Shown: in pieces, positions 1 through 13,600 of the stretch
Layout of the letters: every line of letters starts with the position of its first letter
How positions within the stretch are numbered: the first letter of the stretch is position 1
Notes under the pieces: generated by a model
The model's database searches: none
Seen by the model: only the letters and a program-made list of their open reading frames with translations
What the model was told of the DNA's origin: nothing
Translations under genes and position numbers: made by a program
Source of the DNA: Perna viridis
Lineage: Eukaryota
Length of the DNA: 64,000 bases
Assembly (NCBI GenBank): GCA_037379345.1
Contig: CM074515.1
Coordinates: forward strand, 8,308,001 to 8,372,000
Direction: 5' to 3'

Positions 1-134
1 CTTTTACATTTGTTGGCTTGCATAGCAAATTCCTTATATTTTATGCAAAATTGGTTTCTAAAGAAAGAGTAATTCAGCATATACTGGTATTTAAGTATAT
101 TTGCTATACTGTTGTATTCCCAATTTTCATCATT

Positions 135-3100
135 TATTAGTGGACCGAAACACCACACGGCTGAATTTGGTATCATTAAATGTTTTCGAAAGTTCGTGGT
201 CAAAGGTCAATATCAATGGCTCAATAGGGTAACATAATTTGTGCATTTTTGATCATTTTCCTTTGCAACCGTTTGACTAAACTTAACGAAATTTGAACTT
301 AGTTTTGCCTTGGAATTTCTGCGAAGTCTAATGGTCAAAAAATTATATTTTGTTTTTTTTTTTTATTTTTAAGATATGCTCCCGCCAGCAAGACGGAAGA
401 AATTCAAAAATTGTAAAAACAAATGCAAAAATTATCGACATTTTGTGAATAGTTTATAGATTTTGCATTAGAAATAAAATCGATGGTACACTATGATATT
501 TTGTGGAAAGCTTGAATGAAATCCTAAAAAAAAAAAAAAAAAAACAAAGCGACATATGTAATAACAAAATTTTACCATCAGATTAATGTTTTGTCAAAAA
601 CATGGTTTTGTTTATTTTTGTCAGTTTTGGCATAATTTAAAAAAAAAACCCAAAAAAACAGATTGGAATTTATATACGCCAATGCGATTACATTTATTTA
701 CAGATTCATTAGTCCTTACAGTTTCATATTTTGTGTCGATCACTGATCTATGCATTGACAATCGTTTTTGTCGGCCCAGGACAATATCCACTTTCAGCAA
801 AGCTAGAGGTTGTCTAGCAAGCTATTTTCTGACTTGGTGCCATCCTAACGTTAGGTTATGGAGGAACGGAATTCCAACCTCTTACATTGTAGGAGTAGAC
901 CACAGGTACGTGAGAACAGGTCTCTATATGAACCTCTGGATGCCCCTCCCCTTTTTTCTATTAGACAGACTTTTCACTTATTCCCCCCCTCTTTCTATAC
1001 AACATGGGTCACTACAAATGCAAAAGATATCATCGAACTGCAGTTACTTCCTATACCAGAAACTGGACATTTACAGCGACTTGGATTACAATTTAACATG
1101 TAAGGATGCACATGGTTTCAATTAAGCAATTATTTAGATGTGTATTCACTTTATTTGAAATTATTCTTAAATTACATGTTAATAAGATCCGTTAATTTTA
1201 CAAAATACCTTACTCCATTGTTCATAACAAAGGGAGAATCATCAGAATTTTTTGGTCAATTTCATCGGTCACAATGCAGATCTTAAGCTAATGCAAAACT
1301 AACGATAAATATAATAGCACATAGTTACCATTAAAGCTTTATCTCTTGGATTTACATACTTAAACACCTACCCCTTGTCCAGTTAGACAAATGATGGCAA
1401 TAAACTGCTGTCGCCCCACTCTGCCTATGTGCATGGCTTTGCCTAACGTTACAAGCTTAAGTGTATACTTCAACCCTCCATGATTTGATCATCCTGCAGA
1501 GTACTATATTGATTGGTGGTAAGTAATGCAGACCTGGATTGTTAGTCAATTCTGAGCAATAGTTAGGTGTAGTATTACTGCTTAAGTTAATGTGTGTGTG
1601 CCATGCTTTTCATTAAAAGCTTCTTGTTATACTGATAGCGCCAACATTCTTTTAATTGTTTTCAACTATCCTTAGATGGAACTTCTCTATTTTACGTTTT
1701 ACTTGTCACAACAAACTTTCAAGCTCTGAACCATATCATGAATATAGCATAACACATATATTATCTTATCAACCTGAACGGAGTAAACTTCTAAAAGTAG
1801 TCTTCTAAATGTTTTCCGTTCCATTGCCTTTGCTGAAATTATTTGTAATTTGCAAAATAAATCGTTTATAACACTTATTGTAATGCCCTCACTAACAAAG
1901 TTTCACAAGTAATCAAAAAATATTTCTGGTCTTTTCTTGCAGTGATCGTAAGCGCATGTTGTTTCACTATTGAGTTGGTTAATATGCTATTCTTGTAGTT
2001 TCAACGTAAACGTGCAAGTAAAAAATATAGTGATGTCTGACTGTCATGAAACGCCTTGTGATACTATTCTTTGGGAAGTAATTTCATAAAAGTAGCGATG
2101 AAATCAAAAGTATTTTTACCAAGAGTATCTTTCGACAGTAATATTTATCAAAGAGGTCAGTGTACCTAACAAAGATTTCAATACTAAGTATACTTATTGA
2201 AAATTGGTATGTTCCATTCTAAATATTACTCTGTTATCATTCTTAGCTGCATATAGCATAGAATGATCAATTTGACATCGAGTGTCATACCAAAACACAT
2301 TATATTAGTTCTTTTGATACACATAAGTTTACAAAGAATATGTGGCTTAAAACACCTCTTACAGAGAATATTAACATTCATACAGGTAAGTTTTTATTTA
2401 ATATCAAGGATTTATATATAACATTATTATTATTATATCTATATTTAACTCCTTGTTAATATGTATTAAACTTCTGCAGGAAATGAGCAGCCCAAACATA
2501 TTTATATGTCATAGTGAGGAAATGTATTATTCAAAACAAGGTCATTGTGGAAAGATAATGGCTACTTTTAAATCAAATTTGTTTTTAAATCGTATCTTCC
2601 CATTTACAAAATTTATCATAACATCTCTTTATACTTTGATTTTCACCATTAAATTTGTCTGCAGAAGTTAAACCTGTCATATCATGTGCAAATGTGCTTA
2701 ATGGTGACATCGTTATCATAGTAAGTATCGTTTCATAGACAGTCAAAACAGCAGTATAAATCCATTATAGACACAAAATTTACAATGTATAAAATAACTA
2801 AGTATATATTGCTTACCCATGTCAATATGTTTAACATAAAAACAAATTATCATCAATTGTAAGACATAAACAAATTTATTAATTTGGATATAGACGTTAA
2901 AAGATAGTTAATTTTGACACAAACTTGTTGCTTTGTTATTTGGGAGATTTCATTCAAGCTTTCCACAAGACATCTTGATATACAACTGTTTATATAACAA
3001 AAAAATTATAACCAAAATGTTGATAGTTTTTCATTTGTCTTTAAAATTTCTTTCTTTGGTCTCCCAGCAGAAGGCATATTTTGACAATGAAATGTAATTT

Positions 3101-3385
3101 TCAACTATTTTGCACTTCGCAGAAATGCCTTAGCAAAGCTATGTTCAAGTTTCGTAAAAAAAAGTTGAACACTTTCGAAGAAAATGACAAAAATGCACAA
3201 ATTTTGTAACTTTAATGAGCCTTTGATATTGACCTTCAACCTTGAATTTTGGAAATTGCACCATAGAAAAATTCTACAACAGACCTTAATCAAAACGTCT
3301 TTTAAATACCTTCAAAATGATAACACATTCAGCTGTGTAGTATTTCAGTCCATTAACTTTTCAAAATTTACCCATTTGTCCCTGT
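135..3385. mobile_element. Degenerate DNA transposon with long terminal inverted repeats; superfamily undetermined
   Basis: ~140-520 is a diverged reverse complement of ~2940-3355 (e.g. aaggtcaatatcaatggctca / tgagcctttgatattgacctt; atttctgcgaagt / acttcgcagaaat). The interior has no intact ORF. Confidence 0.6.
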
Positions 3386-4372
3386 ACTATATACAAAATT
3401 ATCATTTTTTGATTACGAAATGGTTTATATTTTGTGAAATTTGAGGGAAATGAAAATCAAGACATTGATTTCCAAGATCAGATGATAGTTAAGACCATTA
3501 AGAAAAGGGATGACCATTGTGTTTGTTACAAAAATATACATAGGTACCAACTTTAACTGTATGGTCTCAACACCTGTATGGACTGAAAGCAATTCATGTG
3601 AATAATTTAAATCAGAAAAATGTGAATAAACAATTAGACCCATGTTGACCTTGCTCATAAAGTGGAATTTTTAGTAATTTTTTTAGAAAAAATAATAACT
3701 TACAATGCTAAAGCATATCATTAAACTTTCCACAGTTATGGGTGTTATGGGTGACCATTGTGTTTGTTAACTTTCCACAGTTATGGGTGTTAAGTGCTGG
3801 AATCGGTAAGATCAGGCAAAATTGAAAAATAATGAATCATGCTCAGAAAAAAAAAACTGCACACATTTTACAAAATGTGCACATAGCTCATGATCAATTG
3901 AAGACAATTGACAGTTCATTTATCTTAAAAGTGTCAGATGATGCAGAAAAGCGAGTTCAAAGTAATAATAGAATGATAGGGGAAAAGTAAGTTACAACTT
4001 TTTGACAATGAAATTACAATACATTTCATATAGGTTACACCTCAAATTACTGACACTTTAAAAAAAATGAATGCCGTTCGTGCATTTAAGATAACATTTT
4101 GAATAAGATTTCATGGAAGAATTGTGTGGTTTTTTTTTCATCATGATTCACCCACTGCCCGATTCTTCAAGAGAATACCACATACATTGACAATTAAAGT
4201 TTCAGTACTCTGAAACAAACAAAAAGAAAGTGAAGCTACCTTCTATCATGTGAAACAAGCTATCAAAATGATTAAATTCCCTGAACATTATTCCAATACC
4301 ACTTTCCATAGATGGACATTTAAAAGTTATAAACAAAAACAAATTTTAAATGTCTTTAATTTACTTTTGTGA

Positions 4373-4601
4373 CTATGTATATTTATCATCTTCATCATTC
4401 CAATGCATGTTTTTCATGTACTTATGTTTAAGTTTAGTCTTTAACCAGGAGGGTTCAACACCATTAGGTAAGTCTTTCTGTAACAAGTTCAATAATGGAT
4501 ATTCCTCATTCACTGGTGGTTCAAATGGTTTCACATTTTTCAGTTTGTCTCTTAACACTTCTTCATTAATGTCCTTTATATCTCTGTATCTGTCTAAATA
4601 C
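4373..4601 (-). CDS. MRPL38: MRPL38 exon 8 (last coding exon)
   Basis: [21 protein letters not shown]...DKYT*; TAG stop at 4373. Confidence 0.92.
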
Positions 4602-7600
4602 CTGAAATATTTAAATATATTTCTATCATGATCATATTAATAAAGAACAGCGTTCCAATGTCCCCTACATAAGAAGAATTTTCTAACTCCAAGGGCCATA
4701 ACTTCTATAAAAAAATCATTCAACCATAACCAAAGTCAAACTTAATCTAAAACATCTCATAGTAAGACTACATACAAAAAAATAAAATCAATTGGTAAAG
4801 GCATTACAAAAAAAGGGCAGAAAACTTTAAATTCAATGAAATTTTCTAAGTCCAAGGGCTGTAACTTCTGTAAAAATCATTCAACCATAACCAAAGTTGA
4901 ACTTAATCTGTAACTCTTCACAATAAGGCTACATACCAAAGATATCAATTGGTAAAAGCAATTCAAAAGAAAAATGTGGAAAACCCGGACAGACGGATGT
5001 CTGGCATTTCCATGTCTCCTCGCGACGTGTCTCAGTGGACAAAAATTATGATAGTGTTTGCATCAAAATTTTTAGGCATTCTTTTGAATAAAGTATACAA
5101 ATATTAGAATTACTGGCCCCAGCACCACCAAATTTGAAAAATTACTTAAGTCTGAGAAAAAACTTAACTGTTTGTGACATCATCAGTTTCAAAAACTTTG
5201 ATTGGAGTTGCCATAGAAGTTAAGAATATTCTATTTTTTTTTTTTTGTTTAAGTTTTGTGGTGTTGAGGCCTGGACCTCCATCACAGTTATATACTTGCC
5301 AGCATTTATCTTCTATACATTCATTATAAACTCTGTAGTTTCTATTATGAAAATTTTAGTAACTTTAGTGGGAGTAACAAATTGCAGTAATGTACCAAAG
5401 ATAATATGTACTGCTTAAAAAATGACTTAAAATATCTAATACTGGTCACTTATTTCAACAATAGGAGGTGCACAGTTTTAATATACACTGTACATATAAT
5501 AAACATTTTTCAGTAAAAGTAATATTGGTTACATACTTATTGAGTTAACAATTAAACCAGGTACCATTCACACGATATCATATATTGAATAGGGACCAAA
5601 ATGGCTATGTTCAACATGCTAAAATGTGGAAATTTGTCATAATAGGAGGTGCAAATGTTTAATATGTATATACTTAATACTGTGCACATTTTGAATAATA
5701 ATGGTAAACTACTTCTTGAATACCAAAAAATAGGTACACCTAATCATGATGGCAGACTGAGTTAAATAACTACACCTAACCATGACGGCAAACCAAGTTG
5801 AATGGTTACACCTAATCATGACGGCAAACCAAGTTGAATGGTTACACCTAATCATAACAGGCACTTTTTGATAGTTATTGACTGGATTACAAGACCGGCC
5901 TTTGATACATACGACAATGGTGAACAACCTTGAGGATCTAGACTTTGCTGATGACCTAGCAATAAAAATTGCTATCATACCACATAAAAGAACTGAGAGA
6001 CAAAACCAATAAACTATATGAAAAGGGCAGAAAGATCAGACTGAAAGTTAAAATCAAAAAGACCAAAATAATGAATGTTATGACAAGGAAATGTGAGCAG
6101 TATCAATTGAAGGTGAAGACATCGAGGCAGTAGACAAATGTACATATTTGGGAAGTATTGTAAACAAAACAGGTGGGACGGAAGAAGACATAAGTTCTAG
6201 GATAAGCAAAGGAAGACAGGCCATACTAAAGCCTGCATGGAAATCCAACGTACTGTAAAAAAATACAAAAATCAGAATATTCAAAACAAATGTAAAATCT
6301 GCTCTACTCTATGGATCAGAAACCTGAAAAATAACAAAAGGATTCCAACACAAGATCCAGGAGTTTGTCAAAAAATGTCTTTGTCATATATGTAGAATAT
6401 GGTGGCCTCAAACAATTAGTAACAAGAACCTCTATATTAGAACAATGCAAGACCCAGTAAATGAACAAATTAAAAAATGATCTTGGCAGTGGATTGGACA
6501 TACTTTAAGAAAACCTGTGAACAACATAACAAAACAGGCTTAACACTGGAAACCACAGGGATGCAGGAGACAAGTCAGACATACACAAAGCTGGATAAGA
6601 ACAAGTTAGAAATAACTACATAACATTGGAACCACCTTGAGAGGAGCCAAACAAATCGCTCAAAACAGAGTTAGATGGCGAACGACTGTTTCAGCCCTAT
6701 GTTCCATGAAGGACAAAGTCAAGTAAGTCATGACAGGCAAGCAGAGTTGAATGGTTACTGCAGACACTGTTATGGCTCAAGTATTTAAAGATAACAATCA
6801 GCTTCTCTGTCTATACATGCCAGTATTGATAAAGGAAATTTCACAACATATTATGTACACACACATTATCATAAATCATGCAAAAAAAATAACAGTAAAA
6901 GGGCTTTTTTCTACAGTGGATTTCATCATGAAAAACAGATTGATAAAGCAAATAGCCACCCTTACATATATAATAAACTCTATGATAAGTTATGTACTTA
7001 CAAGTTGAATGGTACTTTTTGAGGGAACCATTTCTGCTTAGGATGATAAGGTGGTGGGTGTTTAAATTCAAATCTTGGCTCCTTCATTCCTAAAAATTAG
7101 GATGACAAATATTCACTTGAGAGTGCATTTTTATATGCGTATTTAGTGTGTAGTGTTTTGCATCATAAAAATGCACACACAGTAATACCCCTCAATACTA
7201 AAAAATGCATGATGGGATTTTAGTTAAAATCGTACAACTTTCCACAACGCAGCGCAGGGTGTAAAAAGTCCTGAAACCCTTCTACATTTTAAGTGCTTTT
7301 TTAAATGTTCTTAGTCTTAACTAGAAGTACTGTGAACAAGCTAACAAAGAATATCTCTGCTTCAAATAGAGTTAAATAGTAATCCATACATTAAATTATC
7401 TCCCTTTGAAGTCCTTCTACAGTAACTACATAACTTCATGCCTTCTGCATATGATAACCAACATTCCTATAAAATTTCATACATTCACTTAATACAATGT
7501 TCTTTTATATAATTGTAGGGATTGTACATGTATAAGAACTTTTATCATATAGTAATCAATATTTGGTTGTTAATTTCAATAGATATTCTGAGAAAATAAC

Positions 7601-10600
7601 TTTGCATTTACATGCGAGTTATATACCAGTAATCAAACTGGGAAAAGAACAGAAGCATTTCAAAACTGACTCAGATAATATTGCATTGTTTCAAGTGTCA
7701 ACAAAAAATTATTGATACTGATCATTCAAAATGCATTTCATTTGATGTTGTACCGGTAACTGCAAGAAAGATATCAAATAGATGAAAATAACGTTGATTC
7801 AAAGTAACTTTAGAATGTATGGCTATGGGAAAAAAATTGAAAGGGAGATGTTTATTGAACTAGTTTAAATGTGAAGTTTTTGGTGATAAAAGAACTAGTT
7901 ATATATCAAATCCATTGTACCTATATTAAGTACATAATGATGTTTGAAATATTCATTACATTATATAATAAAAGGGTTATTGCATTTATATATGAATGTT
8001 GGTAAATATTACCCCTTGCAGAGTATAATTATTGCACTCACAAGCTCGTGCAATGTGATATTTGCTTGTGTAATAAATCATGAATTTTATTTGTAACATT
8101 GCCCCTGTGTGGGCCCGTGATTGGCATAAAAGAATACTTTGAACTTAAATGATACATACCCAATGTATTCCAGAAGGTGTGTCTCACACTCTCATCCCAG
8201 TCACACTGGAACATTTGTAAACCTGCAGGTGTCATATCATCCTGAAGATTTCTGTAAAATTCTAACGAGCTAAAGCTTCTGTCTGTGAGAGATTTACTGT
8301 AAAAAACAAATAATAACATTTAAAATGTTTTGCAGAGCCTATCTCATGGTAACCTAAATGGAAAAAATATATGCACAAACACACCTTAAATACAGGATAC
8401 AATCAGAACTACTCTGCCTTTATCTTTGCACATTGTACTGGATTATTCGAATGGGGTTCTAAATATATAAATTTCTTCCACCAGAGTGGTCATCACAATT
8501 AAAAAAAAAGTTGATTTTAATAAATTAACAACCACAAAGATCAGACTAGGTGTGAGTAAACAGATTTTTCAAACTGAGAAAATAAAATGCTTGGCAGGGT
8601 GTAGCATGATAATACCCAGACAGTTGACCTCTGTTCACTTGAGACAAACGTGGACACATTGTTAGTTTCTGACACACTAAAACATAGGAATTTACAGTTC
8701 ATTATGAACACAACACCTGGTTTGGATACAAATTGCACAATTTTTTTTAAATTAAATTTATTAAGTACAAAGTTCTGCTTTCAGGGTCTTTCAATGTGCT
8801 TTCAAGGATCACTTTGTACTTATTAAATTTGCTAGCTTGCATCTTAAGTTAAAGTCCTGGTAAAGAGGAACAATGTACAAAAAAACTAGAGGCTCTAAAG
8901 AGCCTGAATTGCTCCTCTGGCTAGATAAACATTCTATTTTTTTGTAAAAGCAGCGGTGTTTTTTTTTCTGTCAATAAAAAATCCTAATGCTCATACCTAT
9001 GGAACAAACAAATCAATTTTCATTGAATTCTGTCCATTAGTTCTAGAGAAGAGTTTTGAACATTTTTAAAGATAATGAAGTTGGATGCTGACAATGGAAA
9101 CCGAGGATAATGGATGCCAAGTGATGGCAATAGCTAACATGGCCCAAAGGGCCATGTGAGATTAAATCAGTAAAACCAGATGTATAATTTTCAAAATACA
9201 GCCATTCAAAAAATTATGTTTTAGGTCACTTAGACCACTTGTTACTCAAAAACAGTAAGAAATATTTCAATACTGATTAAAAATTTCAGGTAGGGATTTC
9301 CACGAGAAATCCAATGATAAAAATTTCTGAATTTAACAAGATAAAATAAATAAGATGAATTTTAGGTTGTGGCCCCACTTTGGATGCCTACACACTGAAA
9401 ATGCTTGTTGCTATTTTATATCTGGTAAATATGCTTTAAACAGAATCTTATTAAAAACAAATTAAAACAAAGAGCTGAACAAAGAACAGCATGATACGAC
9501 TTCAGTGGTCAAGTTTATCAAAAACTAACAATTCAGGGTTCGACCACTGCGGTTATATGATACTGCTCTCGGTGAAGTTTTTTATTATTTATGGCCTCTT
9601 TTGAAATTTTCTACCCTTTTTCTAACACGGTAGGGCACAAGGTTTAAATAAAATAGGAACCTTCCTTTAGTGGTTAGTAAAATCACATCAAAATTGCTGA
9701 ACAATTGGTCAACCAAAATTAAAATTTTCACACAGAAACAAAGGGTCCCCAGATGACGACTGTGCCATAGCATTATACAAACATTTTTTTGTGGCCGGAT
9801 AAAAAGTCAATTTTTTTGTGTTGCCCCCTTTGACCCCTTATAACTCATAATGCTTAAGAGATATCTAAAATCTGATTAAAAACTGCAGGCAGGGACTTCA
9901 TAAGGAATCCAATAAAAAAAAAATTGAAATGGGGGGGCCTCACCAAAATAAAAAAAAAATGTTTTGGGGTGTGGCCCCTTTGACCCCATGTGACTAAAAA
10001 ACTATACAGCCCTAGGAACAATGTATTGAAATTTCAAAAAGATCGAATAAGTTTTACTTGAGTGGTTATAAATAAATAAAACTTATTGAACACCAACGCT
10101 GACGACGCCAACAGGGTCATACCATTGTGCATCTGAAAATTTTTTTTTTTGTGGTATAAAAGTAAATGTCAAAATTGAATGAAAAATAAACCTTGTATAT
10201 CAATTTTAAATAAATACCTACTTTATCTCTTTGGCCCCTTCTTAGTAGAATGGTAGGGGCCATTGAAACCTTATTAAATAAAAAAATTGTCAGCAAGTAA
10301 CATATCAAAATTTCATGACATTATTTCATAACAACTTAAATTATCTATGGAATCAGAAAAATAAACAAAAATGATGACACCTATGACCAAGGCAACAATA
10401 TCATAACATAATATGACCACAATATTTTGCAGTTGTTTAAAACAATACAAAAATTTCACGGTTTACAGTTTAATGCATTGCTCTAATAAATTTTCAATAC
10501 CTACCTGTTTGCTGGCTTTTTTATTCCACCAAATTCAATATGTCTTGACTGTTTGTATAAGACAAAAACAAGCCTGTGATATCCTGTGCCATGAACTGGG

Positions 10601-13600
10601 ATTGGTGGTAAGTAATTGCAGAGTTCTTCCCCTTTCTCTATATCACACCCAGGTATATTTCCTCTGAATAAATCAAAATTGATAACATCAATTTAACATT
10701 AATTACAAACTACAAAAAACTGTGAGCACCCTGCTTTGCACCCCAGAAATATAGGAAAAACCCATATGTGACTTAAGGCATGCAGACATAAAAACAAAAT
10801 AGGTCAATGACATTATGTAACAGAGAATATCAAAGTTCATCTAATTTCATTCAGCAATTCCAGAGGAGTTGAGGATTAGAAGATGGTTTCCCCTTTGTTG
10901 AACAATGACAAAGTCTTCATCATGAAACCACATAAGTCATTCAGATGGAAAAACAAGAAGGTGACCAATGGCATCAAGTAAAAAAGAATCTGTGTGAATG
11001 TCTGAACAAATTCTATTCAGAGGTTCAGATGACTTGCAGATTAGAACCGGAAATGGTCAAATGGAGGAACAGTTCGGACAAAAGGATGGACGAACAGAGG
11101 GACGAACGAATAGACAACACGATCACTGACTCCCGCTTGAAATATAAAAAAACTTAAAACAAATGAAAATTTTGTATGGAAAGCATGAAATTTTATTAAA
11201 TTGTTAACTCGTGCCATAAAAAGATTATACTAATGTTATATGTTTCATGCACAAAATATATACCAGTATCTTGTTAAAAAATATATGTACTAACACCAGC
11301 CAATGAACATATTCCATGTTGTTATCTTGTAAATGACTATCAGGTCCAGTCATAGCAATGGTCCATAGACTGTCAGTCTCAGCTGTGTAATGTACATCTG
11401 GTTTGGACTTAACCTGTAAAAAATTACAAGACTGTTATAATACAGGTTCAAGAAAATTTTTGTAGAAATTACACACTTTTGATGTTCTCATCTCATTTTT
11501 TCTCTATTCAGTGCAATCTGCTGCTTTTAAATGGATATTTTTCTACTATATATGAGTATAACACAGTACATATTAGCAGCATCTTTATTCAAAACAAGAT
11601 AAGTTTTGACGACAAAAAAGATGTGATTCTGCACATTTTTTGATAATTGTCTATTCTTCTTAAATTATTCAAAATAAAAATATGTTGGTTTAGAGTACAG
11701 TCTATTTAGAATTAACTGTACAAACCTCAAATGGTTTCAGCTTATTTCCCAAGTACCCTTTAGATAATTAACTGTACAAACCTCACATGGTTTCAGTTTA
11801 TTTCCCATGTACACTTTGGAAACAAATTCTTCATCGAAATCAAAATCTATGTCCATGTTCACAACAGGATAGAAAACAGCATTGTCAAATAAATCTCTAT
11901 ATATTCCATAATGTTCTGCTAATGATTTCCAGTGCAGCGGCTGCATTTCCTCAGTATATTTGTCATGCACTTCAGTAAGTGGTATTTTAACTGCAAAATA
12001 GTTTTTTCAAGTTAAGCATGATTGCAGTTTTTAATATTTACACCTCAAAAATAACTTTTGGCAGACATTAAGTAGCACTCCAGCTAAGGATCATGAAAAA
12101 TGTGATTCATGGGTAAAAAGCCTACATATTTTTATTTCTGATATTTTGTTTGAAATGTTATAGTAAACAGAAATTAACATGTGGTTTTTCATATAACCTG
12201 TGCTCTTAGGAGATAAAAATTATATAGAATGCACAGTAGATTTCAAAATTAAGGGAGATAACTCGGTAAATAACGCTGAATTACAATAAAATCTACTGGA
12301 TTTTTAATGTTGATTATTTCCTAAGAGCAGGCAGATTTGAATGAATAATTACACATTTCATAGTATAGACCCATAAAACAACTTAATTACAAAATAAAAA
12401 TATGTAGCCTTTTTGGGGTGTAGCACATTTTTCAGATTTTGCACGATTCTTACAAAGACAGCTACTTAAATTGTGCTTTATGTATATGTATAAGCAAACA
12501 ATCTCTTCCTTTAACTATATTTCTTTATAATGTATATTAAAATATATCAAAATGTTTATATTGTCTGTACAACAAGCTCAAGCTCAAATTTTCAGTAAAG
12601 AATAGGACCAAAACTAGTAAAAATGAATTTACCCCTTTATCAGATTGACAGACATCTGCAATTCAAATACTCAAATCTTTTACTAGCATGAGAAAAGGAA
12701 ATAACTAATTACAAGTTCTTTCCCTGGCTGACTTTTCTAACTGTGTAAATTTAGTGGTTACACTTTCTATTTGATCCCTCCGATTTCTTTTTCTCTCTGA
12801 TCGACTTGGTTTGGGTAAAGGAAATCCTATATTAATCTCCTTATCCAAAACTGGATCCTTCTGGCTTAACTCTACAAAATAAAAGCACAGTTATGGTCAA
12901 ATGACAAATCAAATATTTGTTTTTTTTTTATCATTCTGTTTTATAAACCATATCAATACTAGTGGTAGACATCACAGTAAACGCATTTGAATTCATTGCC
13001 TTACTTTTTGCATCCCATTTTAATAAGAAATAAGCATAACCCTAAACATTAAAAATGAGAGAAAAAGTTAAGAGACCCATTTTTTTTTCAAAACAATGTT
13101 AAAGGATCATAGGAGAAAGGGCCATAAAGGGTTTCACTGGCCTAAAATACAACTGGAAATTTATCATAACATGTTGAAAGATTTAATTGTGAATTTGGAG
13201 ACTTGAATCCATAACAAATTAGGAAGCATAAAGACTTCTGATAATTCTTGCAAGGACAAAAAAAACTATGTGCATTTTACTTAAATTCAGATATTATGTC
13301 AATGTTGTACTGTTTGGTTACTTTCCAGCCATATTTTTGGCAAGGAAATGGTGTCAACACCCATAAAACAACTTAATATATAGTGAATACATTCATTCTG
13401 AGTGAACTGTGCTCCATATAATTCAAAATGCATTTCCTTATTCCCTGGTGTTAATTGTACTAAAGTTACCAAATACAAAAATGTATGCTTGTTTTTTTGC
13501 TTTAGACAATGGGAAGGATACTCCAAATGTATGTTAATTTCATAGATCTATTTTTTCTTCAGATCATAGACTAGCATCCTTACATCACTGTTCCCGAGTG

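Noticed and set aside
586-1125. 179-aa ORF
   Set aside because: No recognisable domain; begins in a low-complexity transposon arm
10497-10505. Alternative GTATTG donor 4 nt downstream in MRPL38 intron 5
   Set aside because: Only the GTAGGT donor keeps the frame; the second GT is part of a normal donor consensus
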